DNA of 64,000 nt from an uncultured virus (IMG/VR IMGVR_UViG_3300032117_000007) (Duplodnaviria > Heunggongvirae > Uroviricota > Caudoviricetes): IMG/VR virus record IMGVR_UViG_3300032117_000007; one strand, given 5' to 3'. Every line of letters begins with the position of its first letter. The stretch's first letter is position 1. The position numbers and the translations under genes were made by a program. A model generated the notes under the pieces. The model was not told the DNA's origin, did not search any database, and was given only the letters and a program-made list of their open reading frames with translations. Below are positions 9,709-19,948 of the stretch, one piece after another.

Positions 9709-11436
9709 TTGCAGTTATTTGGTTTTGAATTTAAAAGAAAAGTACAAGTAGATCCCGCACCGTCATTTGCACCTAAAGAACAAGATGACGGTGCGGTTAT
9801 TATTGCCGCTTCTGGTGCTTATGGCACATATATTGATCTAGATGGAACGGTCAGAACTGAAGCTGAATTAGTCACAAAATATCGTGAAATGGCTTTGCAG
9901 CCTGAGGTTGATGCAGCAGTAGATGAAATAGTAAATGAAACTATGTCTGCTGATGAGGAAAAGATTGTCAGTATTGTTCTTGATAATTTAAAAGTTTCCG
10001 ACAAAATTAAAAAAGCAATCATAGAGGAATTCGGTGTTGTTTTAAATGTTTTGAATTTTCAATCACATGCTTATGATATATACAGACGTTGGTATGTTGA
10101 TGGGCGGTTATACTATCACGTAATCATTGATGAAAAACATCCTAGAGATGGCATCAAGGAAGTACGATATGTTGATCCTAGGAAAATCCGAAAGATTCGT
10201 GAAATTTCCAAAAAGAAAGTTGTTGGTGGCACTGATTCTTCTGCCATTGTTCCCAAGATTGTAAATGAATATTTCTTATATAATGATCGCGGGTTTAATT
10301 ACGGAAATAAAATTGTTGGTCCAGCAACAACTGGTCTAAAGATTGCAAAGGATTCCATTGTTCACGTTTCATCAGGTCTTACTGATACTCAAGGAACCAT
10401 GGTCCTTTCATATCTTCACAAAGCAATTAAAGCAGTCAATCAGCTTCGTACTCTAGAAGATGCTGTGGTAGTCTATAGATTATCCAGAGCACCTGAACGA
10501 AGAGTATGGTATATTGATGTTGGTTCTCTTCCTAAAATGAAAGCAGAACAATACGTTCGTGATATTATGGTCAAGCACAAAAATAGATTAATTTATGATG
10601 GTGCTACCGGTGAAGTCCGTGATGATCGAAAGTTCATGACGATGATGGAAGATTATTGGCTTCCAAGAAGAGAAGGTGGCAAAGGAACTGAAGTTACAAC
10701 ACTTCCCGGTGGTCAAACATTGGGTGAAATGGATGACGTTTTATATTTCCAAAAGAAACTTTATCAGACATTGAATGTTCCTGTTAATAGACTCAATTCT
10801 GATGCACTTTTCTCATTGGGTAGAGCAACAGAAGTAACACGAGATGAATTGAAATTCAATAGATTTGTATCTAGACTTCGTACCAAATTCTCTACACTAT
10901 TCACATCTCTTTTGGAAAAGCAAATTGTTCTAAAGGGTGTTATGTCACTTGAAGATTGGCAAAATATTTGTGCAGACATCCGTTATGATTATTCAAAGGA
11001 TAATTACTTTACCGAATTGAAGGATGCAGAGATTCTTGAAAATAGAATTAATCTCATGTCAAACCTCATGCAAAGTCAAATGATCGGTGTTTATTATTCT
11101 CATGAATGGGCCAGAAAGAATGTTCTCCATCAAGATGATGAACAAATTGAAGCAATGGATGAACAGATTGAAGAAGAAAATAATGATCCTCGGTGGCAAC
11201 CACAAGAAGATGATGGAATGAATCCCGGGGAAGAATCAGATGACCAAGGTGCACCAGAACAAGGTGGTGCACCGCCACAGGAAGAAGATGAAAAATCAAA
11301 AAATTTTGCCGCGGCATCTGCATTATATCATACTTTAAAACTAAAAAAGAATAGAACTACACAAGAAGAATCGCAATTTAAATCTGCTGCTTTAATTCTT
11401 GCAAAAAATGATCCACAATTATTGAAGGATAAATAA
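9709..11436 (+). CDS. gp20: Portal protein gp20
   Basis: RRWYVDGRLYYH, YRLSRAPERR, EDYWLPRREGGKGTEVTTLPGG. Confidence 0.97.
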   Translation: MQLFGFEFKRKVQVDPAPSFAPKEQDDGAVIIAASGAYGTYIDLDGTVRTEAELVTKYREMALQPEVDAAVDEIVNETMSADEEKIVSIVLDNLKVSDKIKKAIIEEFGVVLNVLNFQSHAYDIYRRWYVDGRLYYHVIIDEKHPRDGIKEVRYVDPRKIRKIREISKKKVVGGTDSSAIVPKIVNEYFLYNDRGFNYGNKIVGPATTGLKIAKDSIVHVSSGLTDTQGTMVLSYLHKAIKAVNQLRTLEDAVVVYRLSRAPERRVWYIDVGSLPKMKAEQYVRDIMVKHKNRLIYDGATGEVRDDRKFMTMMEDYWLPRREGGKGTEVTTLPGGQTLGEMDDVLYFQKKLYQTLNVPVNRLNSDALFSLGRATEVTRDELKFNRFVSRLRTKFSTLFTSLLEKQIVLKGVMSLEDWQNICADIRYDYSKDNYFTELKDAEILENRINLMSNLMQSQMIGVYYSHEWARKNVLHQDDEQIEAMDEQIEEENNDPRWQPQEDDGMNPGEESDDQGAPEQGGAPPQEEDEKSKNFAAASALYHTLKLKKNRTTQEESQFKSAALILAKNDPQLLKDK

Positions 11437-11439
11437 ACT

Positions 11440-11616
11440 ATGAACGATGAATATACACTTTTTGATTTGATTTCTTTTAGTCATAATCAGAAACCAATTG
11501 AATTTGAACATGCTTTCAATTCACTTATTACAGATAAATTAGCAGATGCAGTCTCATATGCAAAAGCAAATGTTGCACAGACTATGTTTGCACATGAAGA
11601 AGAATCAGAGGAATAA
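11440..11616 (+). CDS. Small acidic prohead core protein, gp67-like (58 aa, not in ORF track)
   Basis: MNDEYTLFDLI...FEHAFNSLITDKLADAV...EEESEE; directly after portal as for T4 gp67. Confidence 0.6.
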   Translation: MNDEYTLFDLISFSHNQKPIEFEHAFNSLITDKLADAVSYAKANVAQTMFAHEEESEE

Positions 11617-11620
11617 AAAA

Positions 11621-12517
11621 ATGGTCAAGAAACTCTCGGATGTTTTAAAAGGTAAGCTTGAAGGTGTTAAGAGTAGCACTGTTACTCCAGGATCACTCGG
11701 GACTAGACCTGGTGTAGATTATATGCCTAAGGCACCTTCCGAACAAGATTTTGTTGCAGCTCATACTTTTGAAAAGCATGCAGGTAGAGTTGGGAATGAT
11801 GCAGATGTTTATAACGGCGGAAAAATTAAATATTCAATGGATACACCTCAGATGAAGAATTTTGGGCACAAAAAGGGTGATGATGAAAAGGCTTATAATG
11901 AAGTAAAAAGCCCAACAAACACCGGCAAGGAAGTTGGTGAGACCATTATGAAGATCAAGAATATTACGCCTGGCCAGACAGTTAAAGAAGAAACGTCAAA
12001 GAAAACACTAAATGAAATTCTAACAAAATCAACACCTGCAGGTGAATGGATTAAGGATTTCATTGATTCTGATAATCCGAAATTTGCTGGCAAATCTAAG
12101 GAAAGGCGTAAGCAAATGGCTTTAGCTGCTTACTATGCCAAACAGAGAAATGAAGAAGTAGAACAGATTGACATGGAAGAAGATATAGCTGTCCCACTTT
12201 TAGGTGGTGATATTGCAAAAAATAAAACTGATGACACTCAGGATGAAATTGCAATGGTCAAAAGTGAATTAAAGGCTATTGCAAATAAAGCAATGCATAT
12301 GCTTATGTCTCTTCCTACTGATATGCATATTGAACCATGGGTGCAAGCAAAGATTGCTATGGCTAAGGAAATTCTTTCAGGTGTTCATGACTATATGATT
12401 TATGGTCATGGCCAATCCGTAGAAAAAGAAGCAGATTCACAAATGGATATTACATCTTCGGGTTCAGTACCTCAAGATTTTCCAGGTATAACAGTTGATT
12501 ATGGGAAAATTGTCTAA
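11621..12517 (+). CDS. Putative internal head/prohead core protein
   Basis: In head operon; charged; several L/I-x-E candidate gp21 sites; likely start MVKKL at 11621. Confidence 0.55.
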   Translation: MVKKLSDVLKGKLEGVKSSTVTPGSLGTRPGVDYMPKAPSEQDFVAAHTFEKHAGRVGNDADVYNGGKIKYSMDTPQMKNFGHKKGDDEKAYNEVKSPTNTGKEVGETIMKIKNITPGQTVKEETSKKTLNEILTKSTPAGEWIKDFIDSDNPKFAGKSKERRKQMALAAYYAKQRNEEVEQIDMEEDIAVPLLGGDIAKNKTDDTQDEIAMVKSELKAIANKAMHMLMSLPTDMHIEPWVQAKIAMAKEILSGVHDYMIYGHGQSVEKEADSQMDITSSGSVPQDFPGITVDYGKIV

Positions 12518-14178
12518 TGTCTACATATCCAGTAAGCACTAATAATTATACAATGAAAACGACTCGTCCAGAGTCGTTCCTCCTTCCTTCAAGAGTACGA
12601 GATGTTGTGGGTAGAATGAAAATTTCTATGCCACAGAATATCTATGAAGCAGACTTTGAATATGGTTCACAACCAATGCGGTGGGAAAACTATACGGTCA
12701 ACACTGCTTCATCAGGAAGTCTTGCAAGTATTGTTCAGCTTCCTGGTATGGGCGGTGTTCGTATGCTTGTTGGTAACAATGCAGGTGATTTAACAGTCCG
12801 TCAGTCACGTCCATATCATCGTTATCAGCCTGGCAAAACAATGTATATGGCCACAGCAATTAATTTCGGTGCACCAACTTCAAATAATTACCAACGTGTT
12901 GGATTCTTTGATGATTCAAACGGTATATTTTTTGAACAAGGTGCTGTTACAGCCAATAATCCATCAGGCATGTATTGTGTCATTCGTTCGGATGCAGGTT
13001 CAGTCAATCTTGCTACAGGTGTGCCAATATCATCACTTCCTGTAGATACAAAGATTTCTTATGAAAATTGGTATGGTGATCCAGTAGGTTCACTTATCGA
13101 CTGGACAAAGATTCAAATGCTTTGGATGGAATATGCTTGGTATGGTGCCGGTACAATTCGTTGGGGTATTTTGCTCAATGGTGAGCCTTATGTTCTTCAT
13201 GAAGTTGGTGCAGGCAATGGTAACTACACTGGTAATCCACAGCAATTCCCATGGTCAAGAACAGGTAATCTACCCGTAAGATATGAACAAAGAAATATTG
13301 GCGCAACAACAGCTAATAGTGCTTTGGTTCATTTCGGTGTATCAGTCATGGTAGAAAATCGCCAGGATGCACAACGTGGTTTCACATATGGCTATGGTAT
13401 GTCTGGCGCCGCACCAAGACGAAATGTTCCTGCAGCTAATACACGTTTCCCCGTTACATCTTTCCAGATGCTTTCAATGGGCAGAACAGAAGCTAATAAT
13501 ACAACTACCAATAATTACTTTTCTGTATCGACTCTTGGTACTCAGGCAAATATTGTAGCATCTCCTGCACCAAATACAACATTCATTCAGGTTGCTGGTA
13601 CACCATGGACGGCAAATCAGTTTGTTGGTCGTGCTATCACATTCTATGGTCTTGGTGCTGGTAATACAAATATTACTGCTCGTATTGCTAACAACACAGC
13701 AAACACCGTTTATTTTTACGACCTAATTTCCAATACAGCACCGATTGCAAATACACCCAATACTGCAACAACATATGGTATTGGTCTAATCAATCGCGGT
13801 CAGATTCTTCCACAATCTCTAATCATTTCTTCTGATGCTACTTGCTTCGTAGAATTGATTGTATCGACCGCAACAAATCCTGTTGGATTGACAGGTGCTT
13901 CATTTGTGCCTATGAATACACTTGGTTCATTTAACTCTCTTTCATCTAGAGATATTTCTGCTACAGCATTGACACCTAATACTGGTGAAGTTATCTATTC
14001 ATTTACCGGTCCAGCTGGTGGTTCTGGTCTCCAGACATTTGATTTGACTAACGTGTTTGCTCTTTATAATAACATCCGAGGGAATCAGCCAGATATTCTA
14101 ACTGTTGCTGTTTCTACACCTTCTGGTGTTTCTGCTAACGTGGGTGCTACACTTATTGCACAGGAAGCTATGTCTTAA
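12517..14178 (+). CDS. Putative virion structural protein (553 aa)
   Basis: Asn/Thr/Gly-rich beta-type composition, RQSRPYHRYQPGK/RVGFFD motifs, between portal and protease. Confidence 0.55.
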   Translation: MSTYPVSTNNYTMKTTRPESFLLPSRVRDVVGRMKISMPQNIYEADFEYGSQPMRWENYTVNTASSGSLASIVQLPGMGGVRMLVGNNAGDLTVRQSRPYHRYQPGKTMYMATAINFGAPTSNNYQRVGFFDDSNGIFFEQGAVTANNPSGMYCVIRSDAGSVNLATGVPISSLPVDTKISYENWYGDPVGSLIDWTKIQMLWMEYAWYGAGTIRWGILLNGEPYVLHEVGAGNGNYTGNPQQFPWSRTGNLPVRYEQRNIGATTANSALVHFGVSVMVENRQDAQRGFTYGYGMSGAAPRRNVPAANTRFPVTSFQMLSMGRTEANNTTTNNYFSVSTLGTQANIVASPAPNTTFIQVAGTPWTANQFVGRAITFYGLGAGNTNITARIANNTANTVYFYDLISNTAPIANTPNTATTYGIGLINRGQILPQSLIISSDATCFVELIVSTATNPVGLTGASFVPMNTLGSFNSLSSRDISATALTPNTGEVIYSFTGPAGGSGLQTFDLTNVFALYNNIRGNQPDILTVAVSTPSGVSANVGATLIAQEAMS

Positions 14179-14214
14179 TAAATAGTAAATGTCAACAATA
14201 AGAAAGAGAAAAAA

Positions 14215-14886
14215 ATGCGTCTGATTACCGAACTATTCGAGGAAATTGAATATATTTCTGAAGCAAAGGAAAATGGCGAGAAAGTCCATTATATTCATGG
14301 ACCATTTATGCAAGCAGAGGTAGTTAATCGCAACGGTAGATCATATCCAATTCATGTGATGGAAAAGGCCGTTCAGGCTTATCACGACAGTCATATCAGT
14401 CAAGGTCGCGGTTATGGAGAACTTGGACATCCTCAAGGTCCACAAATCAATTTGGATAGAGTTTCACATCTTATTACAGATTTAAAGCGCGATGGTGATT
14501 CTCACACTTTTATTGGTAAAGCAAAACTTACCGATACACCCATGGGTAATATTGCAAAAGGTCTTTTAAGTTCTGGTGCTAAGCTTGGTGTATCTTCTCG
14601 AGGTATGGGTTCTTTGGAACCAAAAGATGGTGTAATGGTTGTTCAACCAGATTATCAATTAGCTACTGCTGCTGATATTGTTGCTGATCCATCTGCTCCT
14701 GGTGCATTTGTGAATGGTGTAATGGAAAATGTTGAATGGATTTATGATCCAGTCCATGGTACATGGAAGGAAGAAAAACTTCACAATATCAAGAAGTCAA
14801 TTAGAAAAATGACAATGAATGAAGTTGAACAGAACAAACTTGCCATCTTTGAAGGATATATTAATTTGTTGGTGTCAAAGAGATAA
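14215..14886 (+). CDS. gp21: Prohead protease gp21
   Basis: NRNGRSYP, GELGHP, LGVSSRGMGSL, ADIVADPSAP. Confidence 0.96.
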   Translation: MRLITELFEEIEYISEAKENGEKVHYIHGPFMQAEVVNRNGRSYPIHVMEKAVQAYHDSHISQGRGYGELGHPQGPQINLDRVSHLITDLKRDGDSHTFIGKAKLTDTPMGNIAKGLLSSGAKLGVSSRGMGSLEPKDGVMVVQPDYQLATAADIVADPSAPGAFVNGVMENVEWIYDPVHGTWKEEKLHNIKKSIRKMTMNEVEQNKLAIFEGYINLLVSKR

Positions 14887-14890
14887 AAAT

Positions 14891-14898
14891 TATAAATA
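14891..14898 (+). promoter_or_regulatory. Late promoter TATAAATA
   Basis: Exact consensus upstream of gp22. Confidence 0.8.
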
Positions 14899-14931
14899 TC
14901 TTAGAAATATATCGAAAGGAGACATTTAAGC

Positions 14932-16017
14932 ATGTCAAAGAAACCCGAACATCTAGATGAAAATTTAGAGCAAATTGAAGAAGATTCAACCGCTGCTCTA
15001 GCTTCATTAAAACCAGATTCAATGCCTGTTGGCCCAGACCCAAAGTCAAAGGTCGAACATATGACTGCAGTGCTTGATGCAATGCATGCTATGAAGAAGG
15101 ATGATCTAACTTCTTGGTTCACAAAGGCAATGGAACTAATTGGAAAGGAAGCTTCACATCTTCCTGCTTCTGCCAATGAAAAGAGCAATGAAGCTTCAGT
15201 TCGTATGAAGCCTTCACATGCTACTGGCACTGCTGGTCCATCTGCAAATGATATAATGCCAAAGCTAGCTAATATCACACCTGGTCAGGCAATGCGTGAA
15301 GACGTTGAAGAAATGTTTGCTGATCAGGATCTATCAGAAGAATTTAAGGAAAAGGCTTCAACACTATTTGAAGCTGCCGTTAATCTTCGTATTACAACCG
15401 AAATGGCTCGTCTTGAAGAAGCATATGATGCACGTCTTCAGGAAGAAGTTGAAGAAATCACAGAATCTCTAGAACGTAAGCTAGATTCCTATCTAGATTA
15501 TGTTGTTGAGACTTGGATGAAGGAAAATGAGGTTGCTATTGAATCTTCACTTCGTAATGAAGTAACAGAAGAATTCATTGATGGTCTTCGTAATCTATTC
15601 ACAGAACACTATATTGACATTCCTGAGTCCAAAGTTGATGTAGTTGAATCTCTAGCTTATAAGGTTGAACAGCTAGAAAGCCGTCTTGATGAAGTCATCT
15701 CAGAGAATACAGAATTAAAGGGTGACCTAACTTTTGTTCAGAGAAAGGAAATTTTTGAAGAACTAAGTGAAGGTCTAACTATGGTTCAGGCTGAAAAGTT
15801 CGGCACACTTGCCGAGAGCATTCAGTTTGATGGTAACCTAGATGTATTCAAGCAGAAACTAGCTTGGATTAAGGACAGCTATTTTGCTGAACAAAAGAGA
15901 TATGATTCTAATATTCTAAGCGAAAGCTTTGAAAGTGATGATAGTAATGCTTCCGCAACCGTCTCACCAGAAGTATCTAGATATGTTCAGGCAATTTCTA
16001 GATCCGTCAAGAAGTAA
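14932..16017 (+). CDS. gp22: Prohead core scaffold gp22
   Basis: LSEEFKEKASTLFEAAV, YLDYVVETWMKENEVAI; between gp21 and gp23. Confidence 0.93.
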   Translation: MSKKPEHLDENLEQIEEDSTAALASLKPDSMPVGPDPKSKVEHMTAVLDAMHAMKKDDLTSWFTKAMELIGKEASHLPASANEKSNEASVRMKPSHATGTAGPSANDIMPKLANITPGQAMREDVEEMFADQDLSEEFKEKASTLFEAAVNLRITTEMARLEEAYDARLQEEVEEITESLERKLDSYLDYVVETWMKENEVAIESSLRNEVTEEFIDGLRNLFTEHYIDIPESKVDVVESLAYKVEQLESRLDEVISENTELKGDLTFVQRKEIFEELSEGLTMVQAEKFGTLAESIQFDGNLDVFKQKLAWIKDSYFAEQKRYDSNILSESFESDDSNASATVSPEVSRYVQAISRSVKK

Positions 16018-16065
16018 ATTTTAATAAATACATATACTTAATTGCAATTTAGAAAGGAAAGCAAA

Positions 16066-17502
16066 ATGTATCTAAATGAAGAAATTCAGAATAAGTGGGG
16101 TCCTGTTCTAGATCATCCCGATCTAGGCGTTATCCGTGATGCACATCGGAGATCAACAACTGCCATTGTTCTAGAGAACACAGAAAAGGCACTTCGTGAA
16201 GCCGCTGCACATGGTGGGTTCCAGACTCTAACTGAAACAACCTCTGCTCTACCTGTTAATAATATGGGCGCTTCAAGCTCAACCGCAGGTGCTGGTGGTA
16301 TCGACACATTTGATCCAGTGTTGATTTCTCTAGTTCGGCGCGCAATGCCAAACCTAATGTCTTATGATGTTTGCGGCACACAGCCAATGACAGGCCCAAC
16401 AGGTCTAATCTTTGCAATGCGTTCACGTTATGGCAACCAGACATCTAATACATCTGGTGGCGGTGATACAACTGCAAACAACGAAACATTCTACAATGAA
16501 GTTAACACAATGTGGTCTGCCACAGGTGCTAACTCTACAAATGGTGGCCAGGGCACAGGTTCTTCTTACCTATCTGGTAACTCTACATTTGGCCAGAACT
16601 TCACTGGTACAATTCCTGGTCAGACCAACACTTCTGCTCTAGTCAATACCGCTAACTATAACACAGCACAGGGTATGACAACTGCACAGGGTGAATCTCT
16701 AGGTACTGATACAGGTATTGCTTTTGACCAGATGGCTTTCTCCATTGAGAAGGTTACGGTTACAGCTAAGACCCGTGCTCTAAAGGCCGAATATACAATG
16801 GAACTAGCTCAGGATCTAAAGGCCATTCATGGTCTAGATGCTGAAACAGAACTATCAAATATTCTAGCTGCTGAAATTCTTGCCGAAATTAATCGTGAAG
16901 TTATCCGCACAATTAATATCACTGCTCAGCAAGGCGCCGCTGATAATACAACAACTGCCGGCGTATTCGACCTTGACACCGACTCAAACGGCCGTTGGTC
17001 TGTTGAAAAGTTCAAGGGTCTAATGTTCCAGCTAGAACGTGAAGCTAACCACATTGCCCGCGATACTCGTAGAGGCAAGGGTAATCTAGTTATCTGCTCA
17101 TCTGATGTTGCTTCTGCTCTACAGATGGCCGGTGTTCTAGATTATGCTCCTGCTCTAAACTCCAACAACCTACAGGTTGATGATACAGGCAACACCTTTG
17201 CTGGTGTTCTAAATGGTCGTCTAAAGGTTTTCATCGACCCATATGCAATCGGTGGTAACTACCTAACTGTTGGTTATCGTGGTTCTTCTGCTTTTGATGC
17301 TGGTCTATTCTACTGCCCATATGTTCCTCTACAGATGGTCCGTGCAGTCGATCAGTCAACCTTCCAGCCTAAGATTGGCTTCAAGACTCGCTATGGTATG
17401 GTTGCCAATCCATTTGCTCAGGGTCTAACAGTTGGCCGTGGTGCTCTTACTACCACAACCAACCTTTATTACCGCAGAGTAATTGTTAATAATTTAATGT
17501 GA
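16066..17502 (+). CDS. gp23: Major capsid protein gp23
   Basis: DPVLISLVRRAMP, QPMTGPTGLIFAMR, KAEYTMELAQDLKAIHGLDAE, FQPKIGFKTRYG. Confidence 0.98.
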   Translation: MYLNEEIQNKWGPVLDHPDLGVIRDAHRRSTTAIVLENTEKALREAAAHGGFQTLTETTSALPVNNMGASSSTAGAGGIDTFDPVLISLVRRAMPNLMSYDVCGTQPMTGPTGLIFAMRSRYGNQTSNTSGGGDTTANNETFYNEVNTMWSATGANSTNGGQGTGSSYLSGNSTFGQNFTGTIPGQTNTSALVNTANYNTAQGMTTAQGESLGTDTGIAFDQMAFSIEKVTVTAKTRALKAEYTMELAQDLKAIHGLDAETELSNILAAEILAEINREVIRTINITAQQGAADNTTTAGVFDLDTDSNGRWSVEKFKGLMFQLEREANHIARDTRRGKGNLVICSSDVASALQMAGVLDYAPALNSNNLQVDDTGNTFAGVLNGRLKVFIDPYAIGGNYLTVGYRGSSAFDAGLFYCPYVPLQMVRAVDQSTFQPKIGFKTRYGMVANPFAQGLTVGRGALTTTTNLYYRRVIVNNLM

Positions 17503-17533
17503 GGACTCGTTTTCTCATATTTATAAACTAAAT

Positions 17534-17565
17534 AAAGTCAGGGGGAAACTCCTGACTTTTTCTTT
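17534..17565 (+). terminator. Intrinsic terminator/hairpin between gp23 and the endonuclease
   Basis: AAAGTCAGGGG-GAAA-CTCCTGACTTT followed by T-rich run. Confidence 0.7.
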
Positions 17566-17576
17566 TGGAGGCAAAT

Positions 17577-18176
17577 ATGGAAAAATATGGGTTTGTTTAT
17601 ATTTGGTTCGATCGTAAACATAAAAGATATTATGTTGGATGTCACTGGGGAACTATTGATGATGGGTATATTTGTTCATCTAGATGGATGCGAAATTCAT
17701 ATAATCGTAGAAAAGAAGACTTTAAAAGACGTATTATAAAAACAAATTTAGATAGAGAAGAAATGTATACTGAAGAGCAACGTTATCTTGATATGCAAAA
17801 ACCCGAAGAAAAAAAATTACGTTATTATAATATACAAACAAAAAATGGTAACCTTTGGCACCAATACCCAGAATCCGTAAAAACTATTGGACAAAAAATA
17901 TCATTTTCTAAAACAGGTAAAAGTGTTCCAGCACCACCAAGCCGAGGACCAGCGATTTCTGCTGCTAAGAAAGGTAAACCATTAACTGAAGAACATAAGG
18001 CAGCCCTTCGTAAAATAAAGAAAAAGCCTCACACAGAAGAGTGGAAGCAACAGAACTCAGAAAAATTCAAGCAGCTCTGGTTAGACCCAGAGTTTAAAGC
18101 CAAACAGTCAGAAGCTAGAAAAGCTGCTTGGATTAAAAGACGACAAAAGATAAATAACAATGAACTTGCTCAATGA
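17577..18176 (+). mobile_element. Free-standing GIY-YIG (Seg-like) homing endonuclease with NUMOD3-like tail
   Basis: YGFVYIW...YYVG, DGYICSS, conserved E..YL and YYN; KKGKPLTEEHK repeat. Confidence 0.85.
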
Positions 18177-18214
18177 AGGCAAAGAACATAAGACGGTTTC
18201 AAGCCGCAAACTTT

Positions 18215-18240
18215 AAGGGGGCAATTACTGCCCCTTTTTT
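18215..18240. terminator. Terminator hairpin between convergent genes
   Basis: AAGGGGGCA-ATTAC-TGCCCCTTTTTT. Confidence 0.75.
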
Positions 18241-18475
18241 ATTCTTCGTATAACACTCCAGCAAAACCTGGTTGAAGAGCATTTACAACATTATTTGCCA
18301 AAGCAACTTTTATTGAATCTGGTGCATACATTATATATTTCACACTATTAATATTTGGAACAGTAAGATTCCATGATATTGCTGTTGGTGTTTTTGGTAT
18401 ATGAGATGTTACGGTTTCAGTTGCAGGTATTTTTACCCATGCATAATATTCAGTATCTTGGATTATGAATCCCAT
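18239..18475 (-). CDS. Hypothetical protein
   Basis: Translationally coupled to the 18475-18861 ORF. Confidence 0.5.
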   Translation of the reverse strand: MGFIIQDTEYYAWVKIPATETVTSHIPKTPTAISWNLTVPNINSVKYIMYAPDSIKVALANNVVNALQPGFAGVLYEE

Positions 18476-18861
18476 TATCTTGTTACTTGACCGTAAAAAG
18501 TAATATTTCCATATAGAACTTTATAAGAAATATTTGTATTTGATGTAAGTGTAAGATCATATACATACTGAGTCTTTGGTGGATTACCTGGGCCACTTAA
18601 ATTCACATACACATTTGCAGTACGATTTGCAGGGAGTGTAAGTGTCATCCAACCATTATTTGCAGAACCAGGAATATAAATCTCACCATTTGAAGTTGAC
18701 AAGGATTCAGTTGCAATCGAATTAGCATAACTAGTTCTGATCTTCATTGCAGCAGTATAATTAGTCATATTTACTGGCTGATTATTATAATCAACAACAT
18801 TTACATTCAATTTGAACGTGACGCCTTGTTGCATATCCAGATTATATTGATTTTGAAGCAT
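18475..18861 (-). CDS. Tail/baseplate-associated Ig-like (BppU-N/LtfC-like) protein
   Basis: QGVTF...PVNMTNYTAAMKIR...YVYDL...KVLYGNI...VTR pattern; preceded by a minus-strand late promoter. Confidence 0.6.
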   Translation of the reverse strand: MLQNQYNLDMQQGVTFKLNVNVVDYNNQPVNMTNYTAAMKIRTSYANSIATESLSTSNGEIYIPGSANNGWMTLTLPANRTANVYVNLSGPGNPPKTQYVYDLTLTSNTNISYKVLYGNITFYGQVTR

Positions 18862-18892
18862 ATTCCTGTTCTCTCTGAAACGGTTTACAATT

Positions 18893-18904
18893 TATTTATA
18901 AATA
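18893..18904. promoter_or_regulatory. Overlapping bidirectional late promoters (TATTTATAAATA)
   Basis: TATAAATA on both strands between divergent genes. Confidence 0.75.
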
Positions 18905-18931
18905 TCTATAAAGAACTCATAGGATTTTGCA

Positions 18932-19453
18932 ATGACAGCTATAGATTCAACCCCAGGAAACCCAAATTTTTTATCACCACTAAATTTTGTTTTTTCATTG
19001 AAACGTGCACCTCATGTGAATTTTTTTATACAAGAATGTAATATTCCAGGTTTGGCCTTAAGACCTTTAAATGTTCCTACACCACTTGTTCGTATCCCAT
19101 ATGGTGGTGATCATATTATGTATAATGAATTGTCAATCACATTCAAGGTCGATGAAGATCTTCAAAACTATATGGAAATTTTTACCTGGCTCAAATCATT
19201 GGGTAAACAAGAATATCAGTATTATGCAAATCTTGAAACACAACCAGTCATGTCTGCTGCAGGTCTAAAGTCTGATATTCTGATGACAATCCTTGATGGA
19301 ACAAAGAATCCAAATTATCAAATTACATATCGTGATTGTATTCCAATCTCCCTTTCAGATGTAAAGTTCAGATCAGATGCTCAGGATGTAAATTATGTTT
19401 CGGCTTCAGCACAATTTAGATACACACTTTTTGATATAGATCCAATCATATAG
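18932..19453 (+). CDS. gp3: Tail tube terminator/tail completion protein gp3
   Basis: NFLSPLNF, FFIQECNIPG, FKVDEDLQNYMEIFTW. Confidence 0.85.
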   Translation: MTAIDSTPGNPNFLSPLNFVFSLKRAPHVNFFIQECNIPGLALRPLNVPTPLVRIPYGGDHIMYNELSITFKVDEDLQNYMEIFTWLKSLGKQEYQYYANLETQPVMSAAGLKSDILMTILDGTKNPNYQITYRDCIPISLSDVKFRSDAQDVNYVSASAQFRYTLFDIDPII

Positions 19454-19504
19454 TTGTTGACAATTAATAATATTTGTGATATAGTGTGAATTATTTGGTT
19501 CGAG

Positions 19505-19948
19505 GTGATTATGAAGTTTGAGGATATTATTGCCGAATGGGATGTGGATTCTAATCTTGATAGAACTGAGATTGATCAAGAAGCTCTTAAGATTCCAAAT
19601 CTCCATTCCAAGTATTACAAAATTTATGTTGCTGAAAAGAATATGCTTCGTGTTCTAGAAGCACAATTCAAAAGTCTAAAACTTCAAAAGTATGAATTTT
19701 ACACACAAGGTCATACCAAGGAGACCAGGGAAAAAGGTTGGGAATTACCCGATAAAGGTTTGATACTTAAAGCAGATATACCAATGTATATTGATGCCGA
19801 TCCTGATATTATTTCAGCATCACTTAAAATTGGAACACAACAAGAAAAAGTTGAAATGCTTGAAAATATTATTAAATCTTTGAACAACAGAGGATATCTA
19901 TTAAAAACAGCACTTGACTTTATAAAGTGGACACAGGGAGCATCGTAA
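19505..19948 (+). CDS. uvsY: Recombination mediator UvsY
   Basis: W..DS..D..E...EALKIPNLHSKY, YIDAD.D, RGY.LK.A.DF.KW. Confidence 0.9.
   Translation: MIMKFEDIIAEWDVDSNLDRTEIDQEALKIPNLHSKYYKIYVAEKNMLRVLEAQFKSLKLQKYEFYTQGHTKETREKGWELPDKGLILKADIPMYIDADPDIISASLKIGTQQEKVEMLENIIKSLNNRGYLLKTALDFIKWTQGAS

Noticed and set aside
18185..18212. Small CGGTT-TC-AAGCCG-type hairpin before the terminator
   Set aside because: Too short to call an ncRNA without comparative data.
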